A stretch of DNA of 64,000 nucleotides, from the sequence record MZ443769.1; one strand, 5' to 3'. The translations under genes and the position numbers were made by a program. The notes under the pieces are model-generated. The model saw nothing but the letters and a program-made list of their open reading frames with translations, searched no databases and was not told where the DNA came from. Of the stretch, positions 53,434-62,591 are shown one piece after another; position 1 is the stretch's first letter, and the number at the start of each line of letters is the position of its first letter.

Positions 53434-55314
53434 TTAGCTGGCGATAGGGTCTTTATTCACAGGGTAATCTTCCACAATATCGTAGACTTTATTGAACAGC
53501 TTCGGAGCCATGTCTTTGACATGTTCTGCGTAGTCGAACAGGTTCTGTTTACGAGCGCGGTTGATACGCACCTGACGAACTTCGTCTGGGCTGTTCGTGA
53601 TATCGTACACGGTGTACGTCACGATGTTATCAGACTTCTCGTGGGTACTCACTTTGACGATCAGCCAATCACGATTCAGTTTAACGTCAGCACGGAATTT
53701 AACTACGTCACCTTCCTCTGGTTCTTCTGCACGTTGAGACGGCGTGGATTTGTTTTCGGCGGCAATCTTCTTCGCAGTCTCGGCAGCTTCTTTCTCTGCT
53801 GCGGCCACATCGGAATCACCATCTTCATCAGCTCCTGTTTCGTCTACGGCGTCAGAGGCATCGGCGTCTTCGCTATCTTCATCTGCTGAATCATCTCCTG
53901 CGTCGTCGTCCTCGCTATCATCCAAGGATTCGTCTCCGGAATCGTCATCAGATTCAGCGTCGGATTCTTCGTCATCAGCATTATCGACGTCGGGATCACT
54001 ATCGCTAGTATCTTCTTCTTCATCGTCAGACTCCTCTTCCTCAGGTTCTTCCTCTTCTGCGTCATGTTCAACGGCAGCAGGCTTAGCTTTCTTCGAACGC
54101 ACTTTAGACGGTGGAGGTGTTTCTTCTTCATCGTCTTCAGGTTCATCCATGTCAGACAAGTCGAACTCAGGATCAACTTCATCATGAGTGTCATCACCGC
54201 CAAACAGAGAGCCGATAGTGTCTTCGATGTTATGCGTGTCACCAGCAAAAGGACTTCTGCCAATGATATCACCCATGCGCTGTTCGTTCTCGTCAATCTC
54301 AACATCAAGGTCAATATCGTGATCGAAGTCTTCGTCCAGGTCATGTTCCAAATCTTCTTCCTCTTCGAGCGCTTCATGCTCGATGATTCGGGAGTTACGA
54401 CGACGCTTATCCAGTTCAGGTGAATCCTGATAGATGGTATTAACGTCACGCTTAGGTGCTTCGATTTCACCGCTACGAATCTTGCGGCGCATCTCTTTCA
54501 GTTCAGCTTCTTCGGCTGCATTAGCATTACGCTGTGCCGTCGAAATTTCTTTCTGCTGCTGCTTACGTTCAAGAATACGCGCACGATCTGCAAGGCGAAT
54601 TGCTTCGCGCTCTTCCGCTTCGGAACGACGACGATTCTTTTTAGCGGACTTGCGATATGCAATCACAGCCTCAGCATCAACAGAACCTTCTGGCCATTCT
54701 TGATACGGAATGATGTTCGTGTCTGCAACGAATTTATCGAACTCGTCATCAGGCACAAGCAGATACAGACCATCAGTATTTACAAGCACACCGCCTTTAC
54801 CCTGACGTTTGAAGCGAACGCCAATCATATCATTGCGATGAAACTTGACGATACCTTTAGAAGTCTTCACAGTGTAATCATTCGTTGGTACCATGCGCCA
54901 TTGATAGCTCGCAAAGTTGATACCATTGACTGACTCGTTAGGAACCTTCTTCGGTTGGAATCGTGCCTGATCGAAGTTAGTGCGATTGATAAGACGTGAA
55001 AGTGTTTTAGCACCAGCAGTCTTCACACGACCTTCGTTCTTAACGATCTCAGGAGTCTTGCGCATCTTCGAACTACGATCCATCAAGAACTTACCTGTCT
55101 GCATATCAAGAGGGAAATCAATATGCGGGATATCTGGGAAAATCAAAGTATAGCGGCTGCCGTTACGCAGAGGCAGTATGCCGAAGATATCGCCCTCACG
55201 AATCATTCGCTTATGAGTGCGCTGCGATACTTCTTTGCCACGGGACCCTGTGAACTTGAGCCACGCGTACTTCGATACTGCATCATCATAAGATGCGGAT
55301 TCGGAGAGTACCAT
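53434..55314 (-). CDS. Acidic head-associated protein with two copies of the paralogue domain
   Basis: Starts MVLSESAS. WLKFTG...EGDIFGI...YTLIFPDIP module, a second copy at WRMVPT, a coiled coil, a long D/E tract and an SH3-like C-terminus. Confidence 0.75.
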   Translation of the reverse strand: MVLSESASYDDAVSKYAWLKFTGSRGKEVSQRTHKRMIREGDIFGILPLRNGSRYTLIFPDIPHIDFPLDMQTGKFLMDRSSKMRKTPEIVKNEGRVKTAGAKTLSRLINRTNFDQARFQPKKVPNESVNGINFASYQWRMVPTNDYTVKTSKGIVKFHRNDMIGVRFKRQGKGGVLVNTDGLYLLVPDDEFDKFVADTNIIPYQEWPEGSVDAEAVIAYRKSAKKNRRRSEAEEREAIRLADRARILERKQQQKEISTAQRNANAAEEAELKEMRRKIRSGEIEAPKRDVNTIYQDSPELDKRRRNSRIIEHEALEEEEDLEHDLDEDFDHDIDLDVEIDENEQRMGDIIGRSPFAGDTHNIEDTIGSLFGGDDTHDEVDPEFDLSDMDEPEDDEEETPPPSKVRSKKAKPAAVEHDAEEEEPEEEESDDEEEDTSDSDPDVDNADDEESDAESDDDSGDESLDDSEDDDAGDDSADEDSEDADASDAVDETGADEDGDSDVAAAEKEAAETAKKIAAENKSTPSQRAEEPEEGDVVKFRADVKLNRDWLIVKVSTHEKSDNIVTYTVYDITNSPDEVRQVRINRARKQNLFDYAEHVKDMAPKLFNKVYDIVEDYPVNKDPIAS

Positions 55315-55348
55315 GTTATTGTCTCTTTAGTTGTACGAACACTCATTG

Positions 55349-55355
55349 AAATTAG
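55349..55355 (-). promoter_or_regulatory. CTAATTT motif (putative late promoter)
   Basis: TCTAATTTCA directly downstream of a terminator and about 35 nt upstream of the ATG at 55314. Confidence 0.5.
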
Positions 55356-55362
55356 ATATACC

Positions 55363-55393
55363 GAAAAGGAAAAGCGGGATTTAACCCCCGCTC
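55363..55393 (-). terminator. Intrinsic terminator
   Basis: AGCGGG-GGUUAAAU-CCCGCU-UUUCCUUUU, with the stop codon of the upstream gene in the loop. Confidence 0.72.
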
Positions 55394-58300
55394 AGATATC
55401 CTCGGGCAGCACAAGACATAGAACCACAAGAAGCATCACACACGGTGATTTGTGCCCACGTCCAGTAACCATTGACCTGTTGAATAGCATACACCATCGA
55501 CGGGTCAAAGCCCCACACAGAAGTTGCGTTCTGCAACGCTGCGAGTTCAGTTGCGAAATAACCTTCTTTCAGCGGTTCATCAATATATCCGTGATCAGGC
55601 TCGACAGTCCACGCTTCAAGCACAGGTCTTTCTAATCCGTATACTTTCGTCTTAGTGACTCGCGCTTGTTTCACGTCAGCCCTGATAACAGGACGAGCTG
55701 TTATTCTCGGTGCAGAAACATTAATAGGATTCGACTTAGGTGCAGACACCTGAATCGCCTTAGACGTATCTGCTTTATTGACGGACTTGAGGCTTACGTG
55801 GCGTTGGTTGTTGTGATCGATTTTGTTGACCACATCTGCAACACGGAACGATGGCGTCTGTGTCTCAACAGAAGCAGCAACAAATCGTTCTTGACTGAAC
55901 GTACCTTCTGCAGGCGCTACAGGGTACTGTACAGGAGCTACAGCCTGTCGTGAAGGAGAAGCACCGACGTAGTAATGCGTCTCGCTACTATTCCAACGAA
56001 CAAACGGAATCTCAGGCAAGAAGATAACGGCTGGATGATACAGAGGATCTACATAGCGACCGGTCATTGTTTTGACACGATATACCATCTGACCCGGAAT
56101 CCATCTCACGTTACCGTTATCGACACCGTACACCGCATTGCTTCCAACACTCAACTTAGCAGTAGAGGCAGCGATTTGGTATGTAGCGCCATTATCAACC
56201 TTAACAGCTTCTGCGGACTGTTGGCGATGAACTATCTCGTCAATGAGTCTAGCGTCAGCAATCGGAATTTGCCCGCCAGCAGGGTCTCTAATGACACGTA
56301 CGGTCGCATTAGGGACGTGTGTAGGCTCCTGCTCGAGGTACTTTTTAGGAAGCAGAGCATCTGCACGACCTTTTGAGTATGTCTGATATCGAGGCTCCGC
56401 AATGTCGAAATACTGCGGTTTATCGAGAAGCATCTCAACGAATGTATTGCTGAACGTGTCTGCAATAAACTCTCGGTCTGTGAAGAACTGTTGGTCAAAC
56501 TCAGACTCAACAAACTCTCTGTCCGTAAAGAAGTGTGGCCAGAACGTATCAGAACGAACAGTCTCGCCAAGCATTGCCTCAAACAGAGGATACGTGGTGA
56601 TTGTGTCTTTACGTCCAGTGAAAAATGCAGGCAGAGGCATTGTTGTGCCAACTACATCTTTACCACTAACCATCTCGAACAAGTCGAATCCATCAGCACG
56701 AATGTCCGTAACGGTATCGAATTCAAACAGGTCGAACTTGTCTGACTTGATATCCGTAACAGCGTCGAAGTCCAGTGACGCATAAGGTGCGATGAAATCT
56801 TTCTGCCCAACGATAAACGTAGGAAGAACGATATCCTGACGCTGCGTTGGTGACTGTGTGACTATTGAAATATCCGCGCTCGTATTCGCATGAGTCTGCG
56901 CTTGCTCGAACTCGAACCAAGAGTCACTGATTGTTACTGCGCGATCAACAGCATTGAGGAACGCATGAGAAGCAACTACAGATACGCTCTCAGTAACACG
57001 ATCATCAAACGCAATACCAACCATTTGTTTTGACGACTCAGGTTGATACTCATACGTCGGGTCAGTGGTCATATCATACAACCACGGAAGAGGCGCATTG
57101 CCTAGCATCAACGTGTGAGGCTGATCGTGTGACGGAAGTCCATGTATCTTGAGCATCGTCTCAGAACATTCGAATGGTCCGATTACTAGTCCTTGATCTC
57201 GATACACACCACGACTGTCAAGCTCTTGAACGACACGCACACCATCAACATCAAGCAGCATACCAGCAGGGATTTTGATATACGTCCAGAAGTTATCCGG
57301 TATATTGCCGAACAGAATGTCGTCGCTCTCGCCCATGACATAACGTTCAGCACGTTCAGTAGGAGGCACTACACCCAGCCATACTTTGTCTGCCCACACA
57401 GACCACACGTAACTGTATTGGTCTGAATTGAACTTGACGCTGTATTGTTTGTTCTCACTCGGAGTAAACTTCAAGTAAGTTGTAGCGTTTGGTGCAAGCG
57501 TTACCGTCTGACCGCCTTGACTGAATTGTGCATCAGTCTCCGTGATTGTAAGCACAAGCGGAATAGTGCCTGTGTTAGTCATCACGTCAGAGCGTACTTC
57601 AACTCCGATAGGTGCATATGCCCAGTTACGTCCTACGACAAGCTGGCCTTCAACAATCGTGTACACACCGAAGTGAGAACTACCTTGACCTACGTTAACG
57701 TCAACGCGGGTTGTGTTGTTCTCATGTTGAATCTCAAAGCCTAACGTTTGATTGTTGCGAACATAAGCAGGCATCGGAGTTTCAATGCCGTTCACAAAAA
57801 TCTTAACACGCGAGTAATCTTCAACACCATCGACAAGCACAGACACAGGAACAGAAACGTTAATGCCTGTGATTGCAACGTCAGCAGTACGGTTCCACGT
57901 ATCGTTATCAACACCGAGAATATTATCCCACGCATATGCGTTCGGTGTGTCGTCAGCTTTCATCTCAAAGACATGGACTGTACGACCGATAGAGATAGGG
58001 AATGTGCTGCTTGTGATATACTCGTGGGCAAGAGTGACTTCAATCTCCTGTCCATCGTACACCTTAGTTACTGGCTTGCGTGTCACTGTCTCAACATCAT
58101 CGTCATCGACAGTGCGCGTAACAAGTTGCAGAGAAACAGTAACGCCATCAGGCGCTGTTACAGGCAGTCCGATATCAGGGTCACCTGCGTCTACGTTAAC
58201 AGTGAATGTCACGGTCGGACCAAGTTCAACATCAGCAAGCGCAGGCAGTACAGTTTGATAGTTACGAATAGCAACGTGTTTCAAGTTGTTCGTAGGACGT

Positions 58301-59571
58301 GCTGCGTAATAGAACAGGCGATCATACGAACCAGCTAACGTATACGGTGCAGTAAGCAACTCAACGTAAGACCAACCAGCACGGGTTTGAACAGGCGTCT
58401 CACTATCTGCAAAACTGAACAGAGCATCAGAGCCATTCGAATCCATACCAGCAACTAACTTACCACCAGTCTCAGTCCATGCAGCGGTCGTGTTAAACAC
58501 AACACAATCATTTGCGACTAACGCACGAGGAGGTACATACTCTTTGTTGTCACGAATGTTGAACTGGTGGATGTTGCCTTGAGCATCATAACCGAGTACG
58601 AGGAAAGAACTTGGAACGAATTGATACCAGAATACTCCTTCAGGAAGCGTAAGCCCCATTGCAGTAATCTGACCATCAAGCGTTGACAGAACATCGTAGC
58701 TGTCTGAGGCGTTGACATAGAACTTATCAAAGATCGATTTGGTCTGAACGAACGTAGCACTAAGGAAATGCGCAACGCCGTCTTTGTCGAGTACCACGTA
58801 ACTGTCTACGGTGTTAGAGCCTACACCAGCGCGTCTGCAAACAACACGGTTAACTTCGTACGGAAGCTGTGTGCTGCCTGTCTTGAACATCGCCTCGTCA
58901 AAGGTTTCAATCAAACCACTTGTGTGGAATACTACGGCTGAACGTTTATTCTGTGCGTCATAGCTGATCTTGTACGCAGCGAGATCAACGTTATTCATTG
59001 CGCCGTAGATTTTGGTGTTCTCTATCGAATCGGCATTGCTAATCCAATAAAGAGTTTGGTTCGGTCTATCGTAAACGAATGAAACAGGCTTCGTTAAATC
59101 GAATACGGCAGATTCAAGTTGAGAGAACGGAATCACAGCACTTGACTGCATTGCATCAGTTGTCGGGATGCGAACGCCACCACCAAGCACAAGACCATTA
59201 TACGTTGGGTTGACTACAGAACCTAAAGGAAGAGCATCGAAGCCTTTAGTGACTAAGCGATAGTCCAGCTCTTTCGTCTGAGGCAGCATGAAGATGCGAG
59301 ACGCGCTATTAACGAGTACCCACAAATCGCCGTCTTGATAATAGACGAGAACAGGTTGTGTAGCAGAAGCATTGACTGTGATAGTCGCCTTCAAACTCAG
59401 TGCGTATGAGGCACCAGTAGGCGAGATATTCTTTTCAGTCGTGTCATCATCGAACGTACCGCCTGAGACACGGAACTTGAGTTGCTCTGTATGACCTTGA
59501 ATGGTAGCAGCATCAGTCCAAGTCTGTTGGCCAGTAGACTCAACGACAGTGATTAATTCAGCCATGTTCAC
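55381..59571 (-). CDS. Very large virion structural protein, 1396 aa
   Basis: GAGG RBS. Beta-rich N-terminal half with Ig-like modules (DDTPNAYAW..I.GV), extended low-order C-terminal half, Cys-rich end. Confidence 0.75.
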   Translation of the reverse strand: MNMAELITVVESTGQQTWTDAATIQGHTEQLKFRVSGGTFDDDTTEKNISPTGASYALSLKATITVNASATQPVLVYYQDGDLWVLVNSASRIFMLPQTKELDYRLVTKGFDALPLGSVVNPTYNGLVLGGGVRIPTTDAMQSSAVIPFSQLESAVFDLTKPVSFVYDRPNQTLYWISNADSIENTKIYGAMNNVDLAAYKISYDAQNKRSAVVFHTSGLIETFDEAMFKTGSTQLPYEVNRVVCRRAGVGSNTVDSYVVLDKDGVAHFLSATFVQTKSIFDKFYVNASDSYDVLSTLDGQITAMGLTLPEGVFWYQFVPSSFLVLGYDAQGNIHQFNIRDNKEYVPPRALVANDCVVFNTTAAWTETGGKLVAGMDSNGSDALFSFADSETPVQTRAGWSYVELLTAPYTLAGSYDRLFYYAARPTNNLKHVAIRNYQTVLPALADVELGPTVTFTVNVDAGDPDIGLPVTAPDGVTVSLQLVTRTVDDDDVETVTRKPVTKVYDGQEIEVTLAHEYITSSTFPISIGRTVHVFEMKADDTPNAYAWDNILGVDNDTWNRTADVAITGINVSVPVSVLVDGVEDYSRVKIFVNGIETPMPAYVRNNQTLGFEIQHENNTTRVDVNVGQGSSHFGVYTIVEGQLVVGRNWAYAPIGVEVRSDVMTNTGTIPLVLTITETDAQFSQGGQTVTLAPNATTYLKFTPSENKQYSVKFNSDQYSYVWSVWADKVWLGVVPPTERAERYVMGESDDILFGNIPDNFWTYIKIPAGMLLDVDGVRVVQELDSRGVYRDQGLVIGPFECSETMLKIHGLPSHDQPHTLMLGNAPLPWLYDMTTDPTYEYQPESSKQMVGIAFDDRVTESVSVVASHAFLNAVDRAVTISDSWFEFEQAQTHANTSADISIVTQSPTQRQDIVLPTFIVGQKDFIAPYASLDFDAVTDIKSDKFDLFEFDTVTDIRADGFDLFEMVSGKDVVGTTMPLPAFFTGRKDTITTYPLFEAMLGETVRSDTFWPHFFTDREFVESEFDQQFFTDREFIADTFSNTFVEMLLDKPQYFDIAEPRYQTYSKGRADALLPKKYLEQEPTHVPNATVRVIRDPAGGQIPIADARLIDEIVHRQQSAEAVKVDNGATYQIAASTAKLSVGSNAVYGVDNGNVRWIPGQMVYRVKTMTGRYVDPLYHPAVIFLPEIPFVRWNSSETHYYVGASPSRQAVAPVQYPVAPAEGTFSQERFVAASVETQTPSFRVADVVNKIDHNNQRHVSLKSVNKADTSKAIQVSAPKSNPINVSAPRITARPVIRADVKQARVTKTKVYGLERPVLEAWTVEPDHGYIDEPLKEGYFATELAALQNATSVWGFDPSMVYAIQQVNGYWTWAQITVCDASCGSMSCAARGYLSGG

Positions 59572-59586
59572 CTCACGATGCAGAAA

Positions 59587-59613
59587 CTAAAATGGGCGCC
59601 CGAAGGCACCCAG
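59587..59613 (-). terminator. Intrinsic terminator
   Basis: UGGGUGCC-UUCG-GGCGCCCA-UUUU. Confidence 0.8.
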
Positions 59614-59624
59614 TGAGGATTGCA

Positions 59625-60794
59625 TTAGGCGCCTGATTTTTTATCGTCAGCCAAGAAGAAGATACGCATACCGGTGTTGTTCGGACTGTTAGCAGTCAGA
59701 GCTTTGTACTGGCGTTTCAGCGGCTCACCTTCTGGGAGTCCATCAACAGTTTCGTTGTAGACCTGTACGTCGATGGTTGTGCCGTTAGAGATAACGTCAG
59801 AAGACGCATAACCAACAACATCCATTTCGTACGGGTAGCTATAACGCTGCGTGTTGAAGCCCTGCGGCAGACGGAAATCGAAGTGGTTATCTTCGGAGAA
59901 TGGAACCATCTGATAAGGGTTGATAACAGCAGAGGCATCAGCACTGTGCAAGTGCGCCAGCACAGGTAAAGTCGGCGCATTCACATCAGACTCACGCACG
60001 GTGAAACGCATGATCTGGTATGAGCCTGGGCTATTCGGCACAGAACGCACTTCGGTGTTGTTATCGCTTGAACCACCGCCGTTGGTAGAGAACATGCAGA
60101 ACAGAGGTGCTTTACCGTCTTCAACAACAGTACCATCAGAGTTGATAGCACGTTGCACAACAAACCACGCAGCACGACAACCATCAGAGTCACGGCCTTC
60201 CACTTGAATGTGGATAGCAAAGCCATGATCAGTGATTGCCAGATGATACGTGAACGGAGTTGCTTCAGGGTCAGCGAAGATCAGACTGTCTGGGTTCGTT
60301 TGCGCAGTGGCGCTGGTAGTAGCATTCGGTGGGAATGCCATAGAGCCGCCGTAGAACACAGTGGTGTTTGCGTTCTGAATACCGCGATGATAGAAAGCAA
60401 CTTCGTTATCACCAGCAGCACCGGAAGTACCAGTGTAGCGAGCGCCAATCTGACCAGCGTACTCAGGAACAGCAGTACCTGCGATAGTCAGAGCACCAGT
60501 CTTAGCGATAGTACCAGTGTCAGAGATCTGCTCAGGTGCTGCAACGTAAAGCTGAGTGCGTTTCTCATTCAGCTTACACGCTACACGCCAGCGCTGTGCG
60601 CCAGTTCCTGCAAGCGGGTCAATAGCGGAAGTTGCTTCAACAACGAATGCGGTCAAGTCAGTTGACGGCAGCGTCGAAGCAATCGTGTTGTTGTAGCTTA
60701 CCAGAGAGAAGCCGTTGGCAATCAAATCGGTGAGGATTGATTTCCACATCTTAACGTTGCTGGTGAAGCCTGATTTTACAATCAATTTGCTCAT
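59625..60794 (-). CDS. Virion structural protein, paralogue 1 (389 aa)
   Basis: Shares TYxLxxTDHGxAxH, WFVVQR, PLFCxFSxxGG and IINPxQ with the adjacent gene. Biased codons. Confidence 0.78.
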   Translation of the reverse strand: MSKLIVKSGFTSNVKMWKSILTDLIANGFSLVSYNNTIASTLPSTDLTAFVVEATSAIDPLAGTGAQRWRVACKLNEKRTQLYVAAPEQISDTGTIAKTGALTIAGTAVPEYAGQIGARYTGTSGAAGDNEVAFYHRGIQNANTTVFYGGSMAFPPNATTSATAQTNPDSLIFADPEATPFTYHLAITDHGFAIHIQVEGRDSDGCRAAWFVVQRAINSDGTVVEDGKAPLFCMFSTNGGGSSDNNTEVRSVPNSPGSYQIMRFTVRESDVNAPTLPVLAHLHSADASAVINPYQMVPFSEDNHFDFRLPQGFNTQRYSYPYEMDVVGYASSDVISNGTTIDVQVYNETVDGLPEGEPLKRQYKALTANSPNNTGMRIFFLADDKKSGA

Positions 60795-60814
60795 GAGATG
60801 AAATCCCTCTTAGA

Positions 60815-61792
60815 TTAAGCAGATGCCACGGCGATAGGAAGAAGCAGACGCATACCACGGTTGTCTTTACCGTTAGCGTTCATACCGCGATACGTTGTCT
60901 TGAGAGCGGCAGCAGTCGGATTCAAATCTACTTCTGAACCAGCAGACAGGACGTCAGCAGACGTATAGCCCAGCATGTCGAGTGTAGCGAAGTACACGTA
61001 ACGCTGAGTGTTGATCAGTTGAGGGAACAGCACGACAGCGCGGTTACCTTCTGCGATCATTACCTGCTGCATCGGGTTGATGATTGGGCAACCGTCTGGC
61101 GTAGGTGCTACAGCAGAAATAGGAACAGTAGCTGAGTAGATACCATCTTCAACAACAGTGAAGCGCTGAATCGAGGTAACAACCGCAGTATCTGGATCGC
61201 CATTCTGACCGCCACCGCAAGAGAACACACAGAACAGAGGACTGTGATCACCTGGAGTAGTATCACCAGTCTGAACGCCGCGCTGAACAACGAACCAGCT
61301 AAACGCAGTACCAGTGTTATCGAAGCCCTCAGCATTCACATGCAGAGCAACACCATGATCAGTTGTAACCAGATCATAGGTCAGTGGGTATGCAGCAGTG
61401 TCTGCGCTACCGTCCATCTTCCAGTCTGCAACGAGGTCAATGAAGAAGCTTGTTGCAAGGCCAGTCTTAGACAGACGCCCGATTTCTACAGTAGCAGAAC
61501 GCATCGCTGCGCCGTAGTCAGTGGTGCTCACCTGATTATCGGGCAGAACGTTCACAGCCAGTTGTTTGTTCGCGTCAGACGCTTCCAGAATAATGCCCCA
61601 CTTCTGATTCGCATACAGCGGATCGATAGTGGCAGAGGCGAGCAGGTAGAAGCTCTTTGCAGTTGGTGTTACAGTCGTAGCGGCGGCACCATCGACAGCT
61701 ACGAGCGTGAAGCCCGCAGTAATCAAGTCAGCGACCAGTTTGCGAGTCATTGTTTCCAGACCCACAAGTTTGTTTGCAGTCAAATGTTGCAT
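60815..61792 (-). CDS. Virion structural protein, paralogue 2 (325 aa)
   Basis: ATG at 61792 with GGAG RBS. Full-length similarity to 59625-60794. Confidence 0.78.
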   Translation of the reverse strand: MQHLTANKLVGLETMTRKLVADLITAGFTLVAVDGAAATTVTPTAKSFYLLASATIDPLYANQKWGIILEASDANKQLAVNVLPDNQVSTTDYGAAMRSATVEIGRLSKTGLATSFFIDLVADWKMDGSADTAAYPLTYDLVTTDHGVALHVNAEGFDNTGTAFSWFVVQRGVQTGDTTPGDHSPLFCVFSCGGGQNGDPDTAVVTSIQRFTVVEDGIYSATVPISAVAPTPDGCPIINPMQQVMIAEGNRAVVLFPQLINTQRYVYFATLDMLGYTSADVLSAGSEVDLNPTAAALKTTYRGMNANGKDNRGMRLLLPIAVASA

Positions 61793-61794
61793 AA

Positions 61795-62580
61795 TCACTC
61801 CAATACCAGATAGGTGACAGTGAGTTTAGGTTTAGCAGGTGATGTGCCAATATTTTTCCAGCGCCACGAGATAGTTGGTGTATTATCTCTGTTTGACAAG
61901 AAGCTATATCGACGAAGCTTTCTGATCACAGGATTGCCTTCGCTATCCTCTTCATAGAACACGCCATCATCTGAAAGGAAATTAGCAGTAGAGCGGAATA
62001 AATACGGGTTTCTGTCTGTTCGTTCCGAAGATTCGAAAGCGGACAGTTCGATATCAAACGCATTGAGTTCCACTCGCTGCAACATCAGTGTACGGTTCAT
62101 CTGTAGATCGAAGTCAACAGAAGCACCAGGCTGAATGTACGCACCTGCTTCATACTCAACAGTCTTGCGAACGCCCATGTTCTCGCTACCGCTCATGTCT
62201 ACCCAGAACATCGTACCGTTTGCGCCTGATACAAGCGTCATGCCTGCGTATTCAGGTTCAGGTACTTGCGAACTTGGGTCAAGACCTACGACAGTTAAAC
62301 CTGTTTCATCCACAGCAGTGACGAACGGTGACTCAAACTTATAAGCAGAGCCTCCGAACTTCGCATCCTTCCAAGTCACGTTGTCTACGTCCAACTGATA
62401 CATCTTGTTGGTCTCGGTGACGTAACACAATGTCCCAGGCTTTTTATTACCAGCAGACATTGCATCACGATCAGCAAGAGTAGCCAGACAACGCATACCC
62501 CCACGAAGGTACTTGTCTTCGAGGAGGTATGGAAGTGCTGTAGATGCAGGCAACAAGAACGAAGTCATGTTAACCGGCAT
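61795..62580 (-). CDS. Virion structural protein
   Basis: AAGGAG RBS. LLEDKYLRGG...DRDAM...GTLCYV...YQL..W is a common phage virion module. Confidence 0.72.
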   Translation of the reverse strand: MPVNMTSFLLPASTALPYLLEDKYLRGGMRCLATLADRDAMSAGNKKPGTLCYVTETNKMYQLDVDNVTWKDAKFGGSAYKFESPFVTAVDETGLTVVGLDPSSQVPEPEYAGMTLVSGANGTMFWVDMSGSENMGVRKTVEYEAGAYIQPGASVDFDLQMNRTLMLQRVELNAFDIELSAFESSERTDRNPYLFRSTANFLSDDGVFYEEDSEGNPVIRKLRRYSFLSNRDNTPTISWRWKNIGTSPAKPKLTVTYLVLE

Positions 62581-62591
62581 CTTATTTCTCC

